Part shown: positions 26,560-37,110 of the stretch, piece after piece
Position numbering within the stretch: the stretch's first letter is position 1
Layout: every line of letters begins with the position of its first letter
Assembly: GCA_013416795.1 (NCBI GenBank)
Contig: RQSC01001015.1
Coordinates: 41,075-97,380 of the forward strand
Source of the DNA: Prasinococcaceae sp. CCMP 1430
Taxonomy: Eukaryota; Plantae; Prasinodermophyta
Reading direction: 5' to 3'
DNA: 56,306 bases
Translations under genes and position numbers: made by a program
Notes under the pieces: generated by a model
What the model saw: only the letters and a program-made list of their open reading frames with translations
The model's database searches: none
Told to the model about the DNA's origin: nothing

Positions 26560-26883
26560 TCAGCAGTCGTCGCGCGAGAAGCAGAGGAGATGGTAGCTCG
26601 TCCACGCGACGCGCAGCATTGTTCCCCCGCCTACAATGGCGAGCGTGAGCATGGCCCAAAACAGGAGCGCATTCTGCTCTCGCCGGGGCCTCGACTCGCG
26701 CTTTGCGCGCGCGCGCGCGTACGACTGCTCGACGAGGGCCTTGGCGGCCGCGCGCCGTTGCTGCGCGGCACGCGCGTCGGCCTCGGCGTCGGCCTCACTG
26801 TCGGCACCACCGCCGCCGCCGCCGCCGAGAGCTGCTTCAATGTCTCGCTGCTGTGACCCAGCCGCCGGCAGATGGTCGGACAT
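26560..26883 (-). CDS. Small hypothetical protein with one C-terminal TM helix
   Basis: MSDHLPAAGSQQRDIEAAL...NALLFWAMLTLAIVGGGTMLRVAW; coding-like composition only, no family recognised. Confidence 0.4.
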   Translation of the reverse strand: MSDHLPAAGSQQRDIEAALGGGGGGGADSEADAEADARAAQQRRAAAKALVEQSYARARAKRESRPRREQNALLFWAMLTLAIVGGGTMLRVAWTSYHLLCFSRDDC

Positions 26884-27336
26884 CCTGCAGCGCCCCGAAG
26901 CACCCCTCTCGCCCCCACCAGCGGTCGCCCCCAACCCCTGGGCGGCGCACCGTTTCCACCAGCACGGGCACAGGCGTGCTGCGCGCGTTCGTACCGCGCG
27001 CGCTGGGCGCCGCACGTTCCCCCTTCCCCCACACCCACACCCTCCTTTCCCCCCAGCGCGCACGCAGGCGGCGCCGGCGCCAGTGCCGGCGCGGCGGGGC
27101 AGCCCCTTCCCCGCCCCTCCGGCCGCGGCCCCTCGTGCGCCCTCGCCGCCGCGCGCGCGCTCTGTGGCGTGCCGACCGGGGCAGCGCGTCCCTGGCGATC
27201 GCTCCGCGCCGCCTGCAACAGCCACTTTTTGGCGAGTTTTTTTTTCCCCCACGCTTCCTTCGTCATCCGCTGACCGCATGCACACTGCGCGCGCGGCGCG
27301 GTGCCGCCGCAGGCGCGGCCTGTGCCGGCGTATTGC

Positions 27337-27337
<1 letters not shown>

Positions 27338-27388
<51 letters not shown>
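27338..27388 (+). repeat. C51 homopolymer
   Basis: Directly visible about 70 nt upstream of the PAM ORF. Confidence 0.9.
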
Positions 27389-27455
27389 ATCCATCGAATG
27401 CGGCGTGGGAATCATTGAATGAAAAAATGGCTCTTTTTTTTGCGCGGGGCGTCGC

Positions 27456-29618
27456 GTGGGGGCGGGCGGCGCCGGGGGCGAGGAGGAGTGGTCGACGAAG
27501 CTCGCCACCCAGTGGTCGGGCTTGAGTGTGGCCGGCGAGCGCCATGCGTGCGCCGCGTACAAGCTGCCGCACGCGTCGCAGGGTGTGCGCGCGTTCGTGC
27601 CAGAGGTGACGGGCGGCCGCGGGCTCGGGCGGGCGCACCACCTCGCTATCTACGGATGCGACGCTGTGTACGGTTTCAACGAGGGGGACGTCGATGCGGC
27701 TGGGGTGGGGCAGGTGCCCGTGCCCCGGAAGACGTCATGTGTGTCGCGCTGCGTTGACATGGTCTCCCTGTACGCGTGGCAGCCTCCCGCGGGGCCGCTC
27801 GAGTTTCCCGACGATACCGCGTCGATGGTGGGCGACGCTGTGGGCTCGCCGTACGTCATCCTCGAGGCCCACCTCATTGTGGAGGGCAGTGACGAGGATC
27901 CCGCCGCCTGGGCGGCCGACCCCCTGAGGGCCGCCATCACGCTGCACTTCTCGCGCACCATTCCAACGCGAGTGGCGAGTGCGATCGTCATAGCGAATTC
28001 GAGCTTCGCCCTCGCGCCTCAGAGAGAGAAGGAGGTCGTCCTGGCGGAGTGCTGCATGCCAAACACGCACGCCATGGAGCTGCACGCCATGCGCGTCCAT
28101 GCGCATGCGTGGGGCAGGCGCGTCGCGCTCACTGTCGACGGCAGCGATGTCTACGATGGCGACCCAAGGCAGCCGCAGGCGTACCGCAGCCCGGCTGGCA
28201 CGGCGGTGAAGGTCTCCCCCTTTCGCAAGCTCGGTGCAAGGTGTGAGTACGACACGCGCGGGTCGACCACGCCAATCCACGTGGGCATGAGCGCAACCAA
28301 TGAGATGTGCTGTGCTTACCCGATGTTGCTGAGCCACGTGCCCATACGAGGCATTTGCAACGGCAAATGGGGACTGAACAAGCTGGACCCACAGCTGCCC
28401 ACGGGGAAGAGCAGGAGACCCGTCCGCGGCGCGAGCGAGCACGGCGCGCAGCTGCTCGACACGATACGCTGGGACGGCATGGGCCAGGCATCCGCCGTCG
28501 TGGCGGCGTACCGCGGCGACCGCAACAAACTGCTGATTTTCCATCGGCTTGACCGCATGATGGCAGCCAAGGACCACGCAGAGCCCCTCGGCGGTGCCAC
28601 GCTGTCTGTGTGGGACGAGTCCTCGGGGCGCGTGGTTGAGACGTTCGGCGCGGGCATTTTCCCGCTCCCGCATGGCCTCGCAGTCGACACGTTGAGCGGC
28701 GATGTGTGGACCACCGATGTGGACGCACAGGCAGCCGTGCGCCTGAGTCACGGCGGCAACACGAAGGAGGTCGTGCTGGGCAATTGGGGCCGTCGCGCGA
28801 CAGGCAGCGCCGGCGCTCGCGGTCCAGGTGTGGCCCTGAGAGACCTTGAGGATACGAGCCTGTGCCGCCCCACTTCCGCCGTGGTCGCTGCGGATGGGCG
28901 CGTCTATGTATCGGACGGCTACTGCGCAGCACGTGTGGTTGTGTATGCTCCTGTCGACGCAGAACGCTCCGATTACCGCAGGGAACGCGTCATCGATCTG
29001 CCGGGCGCGATCGTACCGCACGCGCTTGTGCTAGACGAGTGCAAGCACAAGCTGTACGTCGCGGGCCGCGAGGACAAGCAGATTCACGTGGTGGACTTGC
29101 AAAGCGCGGAAGCGAAACCCCTCAGGATCGACACGGGCGTGTATGGCCGTGTATTTGGCCTCACCATGGACGAGTATGGCCAAATGTTCGCGCTTACGCT
29201 GCGGGGAGAAACCAGCCAGGAGGCGCGTGGTCGCCCCAGCTCCCCGTCTGTGTCCATCGTGTGGTTCTCGAGGGCTACGGCCATGCGTATTGGTGGGGTC
29301 TGGGATCTAGGGAGCGAAATGGATGCGCCGCATGACCTTGCAGTGACCATCGACGTCGCCACCGGGGACAGGCTTGCGTACGTCGCGGAGACCGAGGCTG
29401 GAGGCACGGGCGCCATCAGGAAGTACCGGCTGCTGCGCGAGGACCGCCCAGAAGAGGTGCGTACGCTCGGCGCCGGAGGCGCGAGCAAGGGCGGGCAAGA
29501 CGCTTCGGCGTGGCGAGGGGTGAGAGTGAGGGAGCCAGCCTCGGCGCGCGTCGTCCGGAGCGACGGTGGAACAGACGAGTGGCGACCTCGGAAGGAGCCC
29601 GCGTACTATCATGGGTGA
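27456..29618 (+). CDS. PAM: Bifunctional peptidylglycine alpha-amidating monooxygenase (PHM + PAL); both ends uncertain
   Basis: PHM Cu ligands HHLAIYGC, LEAH, RVHAH, EMCCAY. PAL/NHL motifs IFHR, LPHGLAVD, CRPT, SDGYC, VPHAL, GRE, PHDL. Confidence 0.88.
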   Translation: MGAGGAGGEEEWSTKLATQWSGLSVAGERHACAAYKLPHASQGVRAFVPEVTGGRGLGRAHHLAIYGCDAVYGFNEGDVDAAGVGQVPVPRKTSCVSRCVDMVSLYAWQPPAGPLEFPDDTASMVGDAVGSPYVILEAHLIVEGSDEDPAAWAADPLRAAITLHFSRTIPTRVASAIVIANSSFALAPQREKEVVLAECCMPNTHAMELHAMRVHAHAWGRRVALTVDGSDVYDGDPRQPQAYRSPAGTAVKVSPFRKLGARCEYDTRGSTTPIHVGMSATNEMCCAYPMLLSHVPIRGICNGKWGLNKLDPQLPTGKSRRPVRGASEHGAQLLDTIRWDGMGQASAVVAAYRGDRNKLLIFHRLDRMMAAKDHAEPLGGATLSVWDESSGRVVETFGAGIFPLPHGLAVDTLSGDVWTTDVDAQAAVRLSHGGNTKEVVLGNWGRRATGSAGARGPGVALRDLEDTSLCRPTSAVVAADGRVYVSDGYCAARVVVYAPVDAERSDYRRERVIDLPGAIVPHALVLDECKHKLYVAGREDKQIHVVDLQSAEAKPLRIDTGVYGRVFGLTMDEYGQMFALTLRGETSQEARGRPSSPSVSIVWFSRATAMRIGGVWDLGSEMDAPHDLAVTIDVATGDRLAYVAETEAGGTGAIRKYRLLREDRPEEVRTLGAGGASKGGQDASAWRGVRVREPASARVVRSDGGTDEWRPRKEPAYYHG

Positions 29619-29736
29619 GCTGGCCTGCGCTCCGCATACCTTCTGTGGTCACCATCGATGATTCCGGTTACTAGCATTGGGTTCTTGAAACGCCGCGCGA
29701 CAACTACTGTGTGTATATAATATTTCATGTACATAT

Positions 29737-29744
29737 AAACCCTA
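29737..29744 (+). promoter_or_regulatory. Telo-box-like AAACCCTA upstream of the TPR gene; related TTTAGGG/TAGGGTT motifs at 22267, 26162 and 50925
   Basis: Exact motif in an AT-rich intergenic island. Function is inferred from the plant telo-box. Confidence 0.4.
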
Positions 29745-30058
29745 TTTCAAGCCATTGCAGGGGCTCGTGCACACACTATGCGAAATGCTGGTGGACGCCA
29801 AATTGGTGCCACTTGGCGTTCCCCCGCGCGGCGCCGTTACGCGCACCGCCCGGCACCGGCACGCGCAGCTGCCCCCCCCCCCTCCCCGCGCGTGCGTGGC
29901 TTGCCAGCGGCGGGCGGCCAAGGCTCCTTCTCCGCGCGAGGGGACGGCGCGCGGCGGTAGGCGGCGGCGCTGCGCTCGGCCACTCCGCGCGCCGCCTGAG
30001 ACGGGGGCCGGGGCGCGCGCAAAGCGGCACGCTCCAGGGCGGGCCGGCGGTGGGTGCG

Positions 30059-31555
30059 ATGCCACCCCAACAGCAGGTCGTCAGCGCGCACAGCGCTGTC
30101 CTTATGCCACTGCAGGGCGGGGTTGTAGCGGCGAAAGCGGATGGCGGCGCCGAGCGGCAGCAGCAGCAGCCCCGGCAAGCGTCCAAGGGACGGGGCGCGG
30201 CGCGCAGGCCGGTCGACCCGAGCGCGCTGCAACGCGGTGTGCTCGCGGGCATTGAGGAATACGAGCGCGCCAAGGAGAGGCAGGCCACGGCAGACGCAGG
30301 TGCGCAGCGGCGCTCGTATGACGACGTGAGGTTGGAGATGGAGGCGGCTCAGGCGGACGTTCAGGAGGCGGCGCAAACCGTCGAATTCATCAAGGCCGGC
30401 GCGAACGCCGCATTCAAGCGCGCGCTGTCGTCCGAGGATGCCGCGGCGGCCGCCGCGCTTGGCGAGGCGATCAATGCCTGGGCGGAGGCGCTGGATGCGT
30501 GTTCGCGCCCGCCACTGGCGGCGACAGCGACAGCAAACCGCCTGGTGGAGGTGCTCCACTGCAACCGCGCGGCCGCGCTGCTCAAGCTCGAGCGCTTCGC
30601 CGACGCGCGCCGCGAGTGCGAGCTCGCACTCACCATCAACCCCGACTGCGTCAAGGCGCTCTACCGCGCTGCCGAGGCGCTCTACGAGCTCGGTGGCTTC
30701 TCCAAGGCCGTAACATTGCTCGAGCGCGCGCTGCGTCTCGAGCCCAACTCGCATGATGTGCGCACGCTGCTGGACGACTGCGAGGACGCGCTCGAGGAGG
30801 AGGGCGACCAGCTGTTCGAGGCCGAGGCCGCCACGCGAGGCCAGAGCGCGCAGGCGCAGGGCGCGAAGGCGGCGGGTGGGCTGGACGCTGATGCTGGCGA
30901 CGGCCAAGCCGACGACTCCGAGCCCGAAAACGAGGACGACGCCAAGTCCGTCACGTTTGCTCGCGCCGTCATGGCGCAGACAGCTGAGGCGTGGATCGAC
31001 ACCGGCGGAGAGCATGAGGAGGAGATCGTCATGCGGCACGCGCGTCCCGACGGCTCACAGCTAATTGGCAAGTTCCAGGTGGGGCACGCTTTTGATTCGG
31101 AGGCAATGCTCGAGCAATGCACAGGGTGAGGGCTCGCGCTCGTGCGCACGTCGACTGATGCCGCCGTCTATGCATGGCTTGCCTGACAGGCCGACCCTTT
31201 CGTACATGCTCTGACAGCCCGCGCATGCGCGCGCGCTCACGTGTGCCGGGCGCCTCCAAGGTGGATTCGGCAGCAGCACGTGATGACCGCCGCGGACGCG
31301 CTCCTGGTGTACGTTGCCAAGCGCAAGGTGCGCTTTCCGACAGTTTGGTGGGCTGGTGACTGGCCCGAAGAGCTCGACCTTGACGGCGATGGCGTCTTTT
31401 TCGAGCTTGAGACGAAGCGCGGCTTCAAGCGCACGTGGTTTATGCCAGTCGACATGGACGACGCGTCCATCACGAAGGGCCACCTGCTCGGCGCCATCGC
31501 GCTCCCGCACAACTGCAGGCTGCTGACCAAATCGCTCTTCCCGCAGTCGCTTTGA
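30059..31555 (+). CDS. TPR-repeat protein with an uncharacterised C-terminal domain
   Basis: LHCNRAAALLKLERFADARRECELALTINPDCVKALYRAAEAL..ALRLEPNS. Intron 31126-31260 is in phase (CTG-WIRQ). Confidence 0.8.
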
Positions 31556-31860
31556 GCCAGTCGCCTCGCGGCGACCGCGGCTGCCAGCGGCCATGATCAG
31601 CACAGCGGGCCGCGCTGAAGTCTATTGCATGCGCGTGCAACCACACACGCCACGTCATCGGACCCGCGCCGCCCGGGACGCCGCCACAGTAGGGAACATT
31701 CACTGTTCACTGTGCCAATGGCAGCACCGCGCGCTCGCGCCGCGCGGAAGCAAGCGCGGCGCGCCGCGCATCTTCAAAAAATGGACCGCGACGCGCGGGG
31801 TGGCCTCCCGAGTGGCGTACCGCCCGCGCGCGCTGCGATCGCCTCGCCTCACGCACGACT

Positions 31861-33229
31861 TCACTTGGTCACTGCGTGAATCGCTTCCGCGAGGCGGCCG
31901 ACGTTCTTGCTCGTCACGCCGGCCATCGAGATGCGGCCGTTGCGCGTGAGGTAGACGCTCCAGTCCTTGGTGATCTTGTCGCACTGCTCGGGGGTCATGC
32001 CGGAGAAGCAGAACATGCCGATCTGGTCGGTGATATGCTGCCAGTTGTGCTGCGAGCCCAGGCCCTCGAGGTTGGAGCGCAGGGCGGTGCGCATGGAGAT
32101 GATGCGGTCGGCCATACCCTTGACCTCGTCGAACCACTGCGCCTTGAGCGCGGGGTCCGAGAGCACAGTCTTGGCGAGCAGCGCACCATGCAGCGGCGGG
32201 TTGGAGTACATGGCGCGCGCCACGCCCTTGAGCTGGCTCTCGACGCGCGACGCCTCGTCCTCGTCGGCGCACACGAACGACACGGTGCCGATGCGCTGGC
32301 CGTACATACCGAAGTTCTGCAATAAGGGTTCGGCGGGAGGGTCTAATGTCAGACAGACAGAATAGTTGGGGTGTGGGGTGCACGGGTGGGCAACGCACAC
32401 GCACCTTGGCGAACGACTGCGAGAGCGCGAGCTTGTGGCCATCCTCGAGGAACTTGGTCACCGCCGCGCCGTCGCGCACGAAGTCGCCCGACGCGAAGCC
32501 CTGGTACGCGCTGTCGAAGATCGGGAAGAGCTCCTTCTCCTTCATGAGGGCGCTGAGCTCCGCCCACTGCTCGGCCGAGGGGTCGACGCCAGTGGGGTTG
32601 TGCGCGCACGCGTGCAGCAGGAAGAAGGAGCCCTTGGGCGCGGCGTGGACGTCCTCCATCATGCCGGCGAAGTCGAGGCCGCGCGTCGCCGGATCGTAGT
32701 AGCGGAACTTGACCTCCTCGACGCCGGCGTCGCGCCAGATGTTGTGGTGGTTGGACCACGTCGGCGTGGGGATGTAGATTTTGGCGCCGGGCGCGAAGCG
32801 CTGCATGAACTCGGCGATCAGGCGGCAGGAGCCGGTGCCCGATAGCGACTGGATCGCGGCGGTGCGGCCGTCCTTCAGGCACGCGGCGTCGTCGCCGTAG
32901 GCCACCTTGAGCGCCTCGTTGACGAACTCCCTGTCGCCGACGATAGGCAGGTACTCCATGTTGAAGTTGCCCGCGACCTTCTTCTCAGCGGTGCGCACGC
33001 AGTCAAGAACGACGGGCTTGCCGTCGTCGTCGCGGTAAGCGCCCACGCCCACGTTCATCTTGAGCGGGTTCGTGTCCGCCTTGAACGCCTCGGTCACGCC
33101 TAGGATGGGGTCGACCGGCGCCATCGGCACGCCCGCCCAGAACGCGCGCGCACCGTTCGCTGCCGCGGTCGCCGCCGCGCGCGCGCCACGCGCGCCGCGC
33201 GCGCCCGAGCGCGCGAGGAGCGACGCCAT
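31861..33229 (-). CDS. GOT2: Mitochondrial aspartate aminotransferase
   Basis: Arg/Ala presequence; [54 protein letters not shown] (PLP lysine across intron 32317-32404), GRIS. Confidence 0.96.
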
Positions 33230-34212
33230 CGCGACGCCTGGAGGGGGGTGGGGGACAGGGGGTGGGCGGTGTGGGGGCGGCTGCGCTGTCGCTCGCTCGG
33301 CGGCTCTGCCGCACTGCAGACGATCGGGCGCAGCGTCGCTCGCGCACGGTGTGGCCCCGACCGGCCCGCTACCCCACCCTGCTCCCCCCCCATTCCCCCC
33401 CGCCACCTCTCACCCCTGACCCATCCTGGCATGATGGGCGCGGGCGGACGCCCCCCCTCCATTCCCTCGATCGCCCCTGCCCCCTCCTCCCCCCTCCCCA
33501 TCCCCTCCTGCCCCCCCCTGCACACGCGCGCCTGCCGGCTGCAGGCGGCCGCGCGGCACACGCGCATCCCAAACCCAAACCTTTCACCCTTCAGCCACAT
33601 TCAAAATATCGTATCTTTCAGATAATATCAGACCCTACATTCGGCTTCACCCCAACACGCGAGCGCGCGCCCGCCACGCGCGCGCATCCGCCGCCCCCCT
33701 GGCGGCCGCCGCCGACCAAAACGCGGATTGAGCACGAAACCCACAACCTTCCGTTGTTCTCCGAGGCATCCACGCGTACGAGTACCAACCCCGCGCGTCG
33801 CGCGAGCTTCGCGGTTGTCGAAATCCGCCCCGATTGGCTGCGCGCGGATTGCGCCGCGCGGGGGATATCTCGCGCCGCGCCCGCGCGTTGAGGTTCGCGC
33901 GCGCTCTGATACATCGAATTGAACTCGGATGCGAAGAGCGGTAATAAGGGTATGCGTAGGGTCCAGGACAGCAACGCGCGTGCACATCAATTTGAACTCG
34001 CGGGACGCGAAATGGGGCGCTGCGCTTGCGTGGTATCGCGGCGTTCGGCCGGCGCGCCGCGCGCGCCTCCCTCGCTCCTCCCCGTCTTTTTTTTTTTTTT
34101 TTTAATTGAGCGCGCGCGCGGCGTTACGGGACGCGCGGCTTTCGCTCGTCGCTTTCCCATCTCGGGCGGGGCTCGGGGCCGGCGCGCGCCCGCGCGGACG
34201 GCCGCGGGCGCC

Positions 34213-35826
34213 ATGCCGCTGTGCGGCGGCCCGACCGCCACGGAGCGCGCGGCAGCGGAGCGCGCGCGCGTGACCGAGCGGATGCTCGAAGAGGTGCGCG
34301 CAGAGGCGGCCGCTCTCGGCGCCAAGCTCGCGGACTCGCGACAGCGCGAAAACCAGCTCGAGAACGAAAAGGTCGGGCTGCTGAAGCAGCAGGAGGAAGC
34401 CGCCGAGCTGGAGGCGCGTGCTGATGCGCTGGCCGACACTGTGGCGTGGCTGGAGGACGAGCGCGCTGAGCTGAAGCTCGAGATAAACAAGCTGCGCGCG
34501 AGCGCCGCCAGCGCTGCCAAGGCGGCAGAGTCTGCGCGCGCCGAGGCTGAGGAGGCCGCTGAGGAGGCGACCGAGGCGGAGCACGAGCGCGTGCGGCTGG
34601 CGTCGGCGCTGGAGCTCGCATTGCGGGAACGCGACGAGGCGCAGGCCTATCTCAAAACGGCGCAGGCGAGGGCCGAGCGCGCCGAGGATGAGGCTGCCTC
34701 GCTGAAACGTGACGCGGAGCGCATCGCCGGCGAGCTCGCGTCGGCGCGCTCGTCCTCGAGTGAGGGGCGCGACGCGCTCACGCAGGCGAGGCAGGCAGCA
34801 GCCGAGGCTGCGGCGGCAGCCGCCGAACGAGCCGAGGTTGCAGCGTCCGCGCGCGAGGACCTGGTTGGCGACCTGGCCACCGCCCGCGACGAGCGCGATG
34901 CCGCTCAGCGTGCGGCCGACACCGCGCTCGAGCTCGTGGCCACGCTCGAGGACAAAGGCGGCGCCATGGCCGAGCTGCGTAGGCTGCGCGCGGGGCTTGA
35001 GGCCGCCAACGCTGCCAGGGAGGCCGCTGTGTCTGAGACGGAGCTCCTCAAGCGAGAGCTCGACTCCGTCCGCGAGGACGGCGAAACCCTCCAGGCGCAG
35101 CTGGAGGCATTGGAGGCGGAAACCGAGGCGGAGGCTGCTCAGAGAAGGGGAAATGCACGCGGGAGCGCCCTGTCAACGCCTGCGCGCGCGTATGCGTCCT
35201 CGTCGGTGACGACTTCGCCGATTAGTGTCACACAGGCCTTCGCCTCGCGCAGCTCGAGCACGGGGATGGGCGCGGGCGCCGGCACCGGCGCACTGGCCGC
35301 GCTGCAGCGGCTGCGCACGGCAACAGCAGCGGCAACGCACAGCGTGACGAATGCGGGCAAGGCCGCGTATGCTGGAGAGAGCTCAGGCACGAGGGTCACA
35401 AACACGCCCGCGCGAGCGCATGCGGAAGGCGACGAGTGCGCCTCCACCGGCCGCGGCGGGGGCGACGGCGACGAGAGCGCGGGCGCTGGTGGGGGCTCTG
35501 AGACCGCCGCGGCCGTGCGCTCGAGCCTCAAGTCGCTGCAGCTCAGCCGCATGTCGGTGGAGGCGCGGATGGAGAGTGCCAGCCTGAAAGCGGCAGCGGC
35601 GGCAGTCGGCAGGGGAGGAAGGAGCGGTGGAGGCGAGATGCTCGCTCGCTCGCCGATGATGGCGGTAGCGGCCGCTCGTGCGGGAAGGCCTTCGGCGGTT
35701 GACGCGGCGGTTGACGCGCTCCTCGCGGCAGCAGCCGCGCCGTCGCTCAGCCCCCAGAGCACCAGGCTTGCCTATGCACAAACGCGCTGGCTTGGCGCGG
35801 CAGGGGAGCGCGCGCCGTACGCGTAA
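34213..35826 (+). CDS. Long coiled-coil protein with a low-complexity C-terminal half
   Basis: About 320 aa of Glu/Ala/Leu heptads after MPLCGG; upstream AT/T-rich promoter-like island. Confidence 0.65.
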   Translation: MPLCGGPTATERAAAERARVTERMLEEVRAEAAALGAKLADSRQRENQLENEKVGLLKQQEEAAELEARADALADTVAWLEDERAELKLEINKLRASAASAAKAAESARAEAEEAAEEATEAEHERVRLASALELALRERDEAQAYLKTAQARAERAEDEAASLKRDAERIAGELASARSSSSEGRDALTQARQAAAEAAAAAAERAEVAASAREDLVGDLATARDERDAAQRAADTALELVATLEDKGGAMAELRRLRAGLEAANAAREAAVSETELLKRELDSVREDGETLQAQLEALEAETEAEAAQRRGNARGSALSTPARAYASSSVTTSPISVTQAFASRSSSTGMGAGAGTGALAALQRLRTATAAATHSVTNAGKAAYAGESSGTRVTNTPARAHAEGDECASTGRGGGDGDESAGAGGGSETAAAVRSSLKSLQLSRMSVEARMESASLKAAAAAVGRGGRSGGGEMLARSPMMAVAAARAGRPSAVDAAVDALLAAAAAPSLSPQSTRLAYAQTRWLGAAGERAPYA

Positions 35827-35848
35827 CCAAAGATGGTCAATCCGAAAT

Positions 35849-36960
35849 TTACAATGTTGGTGTCTCTTCTGCCGCCGCTGCCGCCACGGCAGCCGTCCTG
35901 CTCCGGAAGCGCTTGCCCGCCGGGGAAAAGAACGTCTTCACGACTCGGCGAGCTTCCTGCCGCTCCTCAACCCACCAGTCGGCAGGCAGGCCCGGCGGTC
36001 CACGCGTCCTTGCGACGATTGTGCCAATTTGTCGCGGAGCGTCCGCGGGCAGCTGAATCTCCACGAGACGCCCCTCCGCCGGCGAGCGCGCGGTCCCGCC
36101 TACCTGGCCGTCGTCATCGCTCGCCTCCAGCGGGCTCGGCTTGGCAGCGGTCTTATCCTGTAGGGCGGTGCCCTCGCCGCTCGCCTTGCCTGAGCCCGGC
36201 GGCTCGTCCCAAAACACTGCGTCACCCTCTGCCACGCGCACTCGCTTCGTCGTCGCGCCGCTATACCGCCACCCGGCGACCATCCCTCCGGCCGCCAGCT
36301 GCGGCCGCTGCCTCGTCTTCTGCCCCGTCTGCTCGTGGGCTGAGGTTGGGCCCTCGCCGAAGCGTGCCTGCTCTTCGCGCTCGAGCAGCTCCTGCCGCTC
36401 GCGCTGCCGCTCGGCGTCTGCTTCCTCCGCCTCTCGCCGCGTGACTGCATCGGCGGCCGCGTCGGGGTCAAAGTCTGGCAGGCGCACTGCACATGACGGC
36501 AGCACGTCGTCCTCAACGAGCTGGCTCACCGACAGGTCACGGGTCGCGACATCATTGGCGACCGCCGCATCGCCGCGCGCTGCCGCGCGCCGTGCCTGGG
36601 CGGCGCGCCACCGGCCCACATTCTCGTCGCGCACTCGGGCCCAGCGCTCCAGGTCCTCGTACGTTGGCTGATGCCACACGCCGTCGCCGTCCACGTACGG
36701 CGACCCCTGGTACGTGTCTTCCCCACTTCCGTCCGATTCTTCCTCCAGATCGTCGCCACCACGCAAGTCCGCGCCCTCGGCCGCACCCCCCTCGCCGCCG
36801 GCCTCGCCGTCGCCGCCGGCTTCGCCGCCCGCCGCCGGACCCCCCACCGCGCGGAAAGCGCTCTCGAGCGCGCCGGCGGCGGCCTCATCGTCGACGGCGC
36901 CATGCCGCGCGCCGCCGCCGCCCCGCCCGGCGGCACCTCTGGCGCGATTCGCGCGCTTTT
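35849..36960 (-). CDS. Hypothetical protein with a C-terminal MBD-like domain; no ATG found
   Basis: PPGLPADWWVEE...FFSPAGKRFRS resembles the MBD core LPxGW...YFSPxGKKFRS. The frame stays open upstream of 36847. The stop overlaps TGTAA. Confidence 0.6.
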
Positions 36961-37110
36961 CCCGCCGCAGGCAACGTCGGCGACCGCGTTGTAAATTGAA
37001 TGCATTTTGCTATGGAAATTTTGCTATGGAAAAGAGTCGCCCGTGGGTACAAGTGGGTACACATTCGAGGTGAGATTAATTGCTATTGGCCTGCTATTGC
37101 GGTAAAACGC

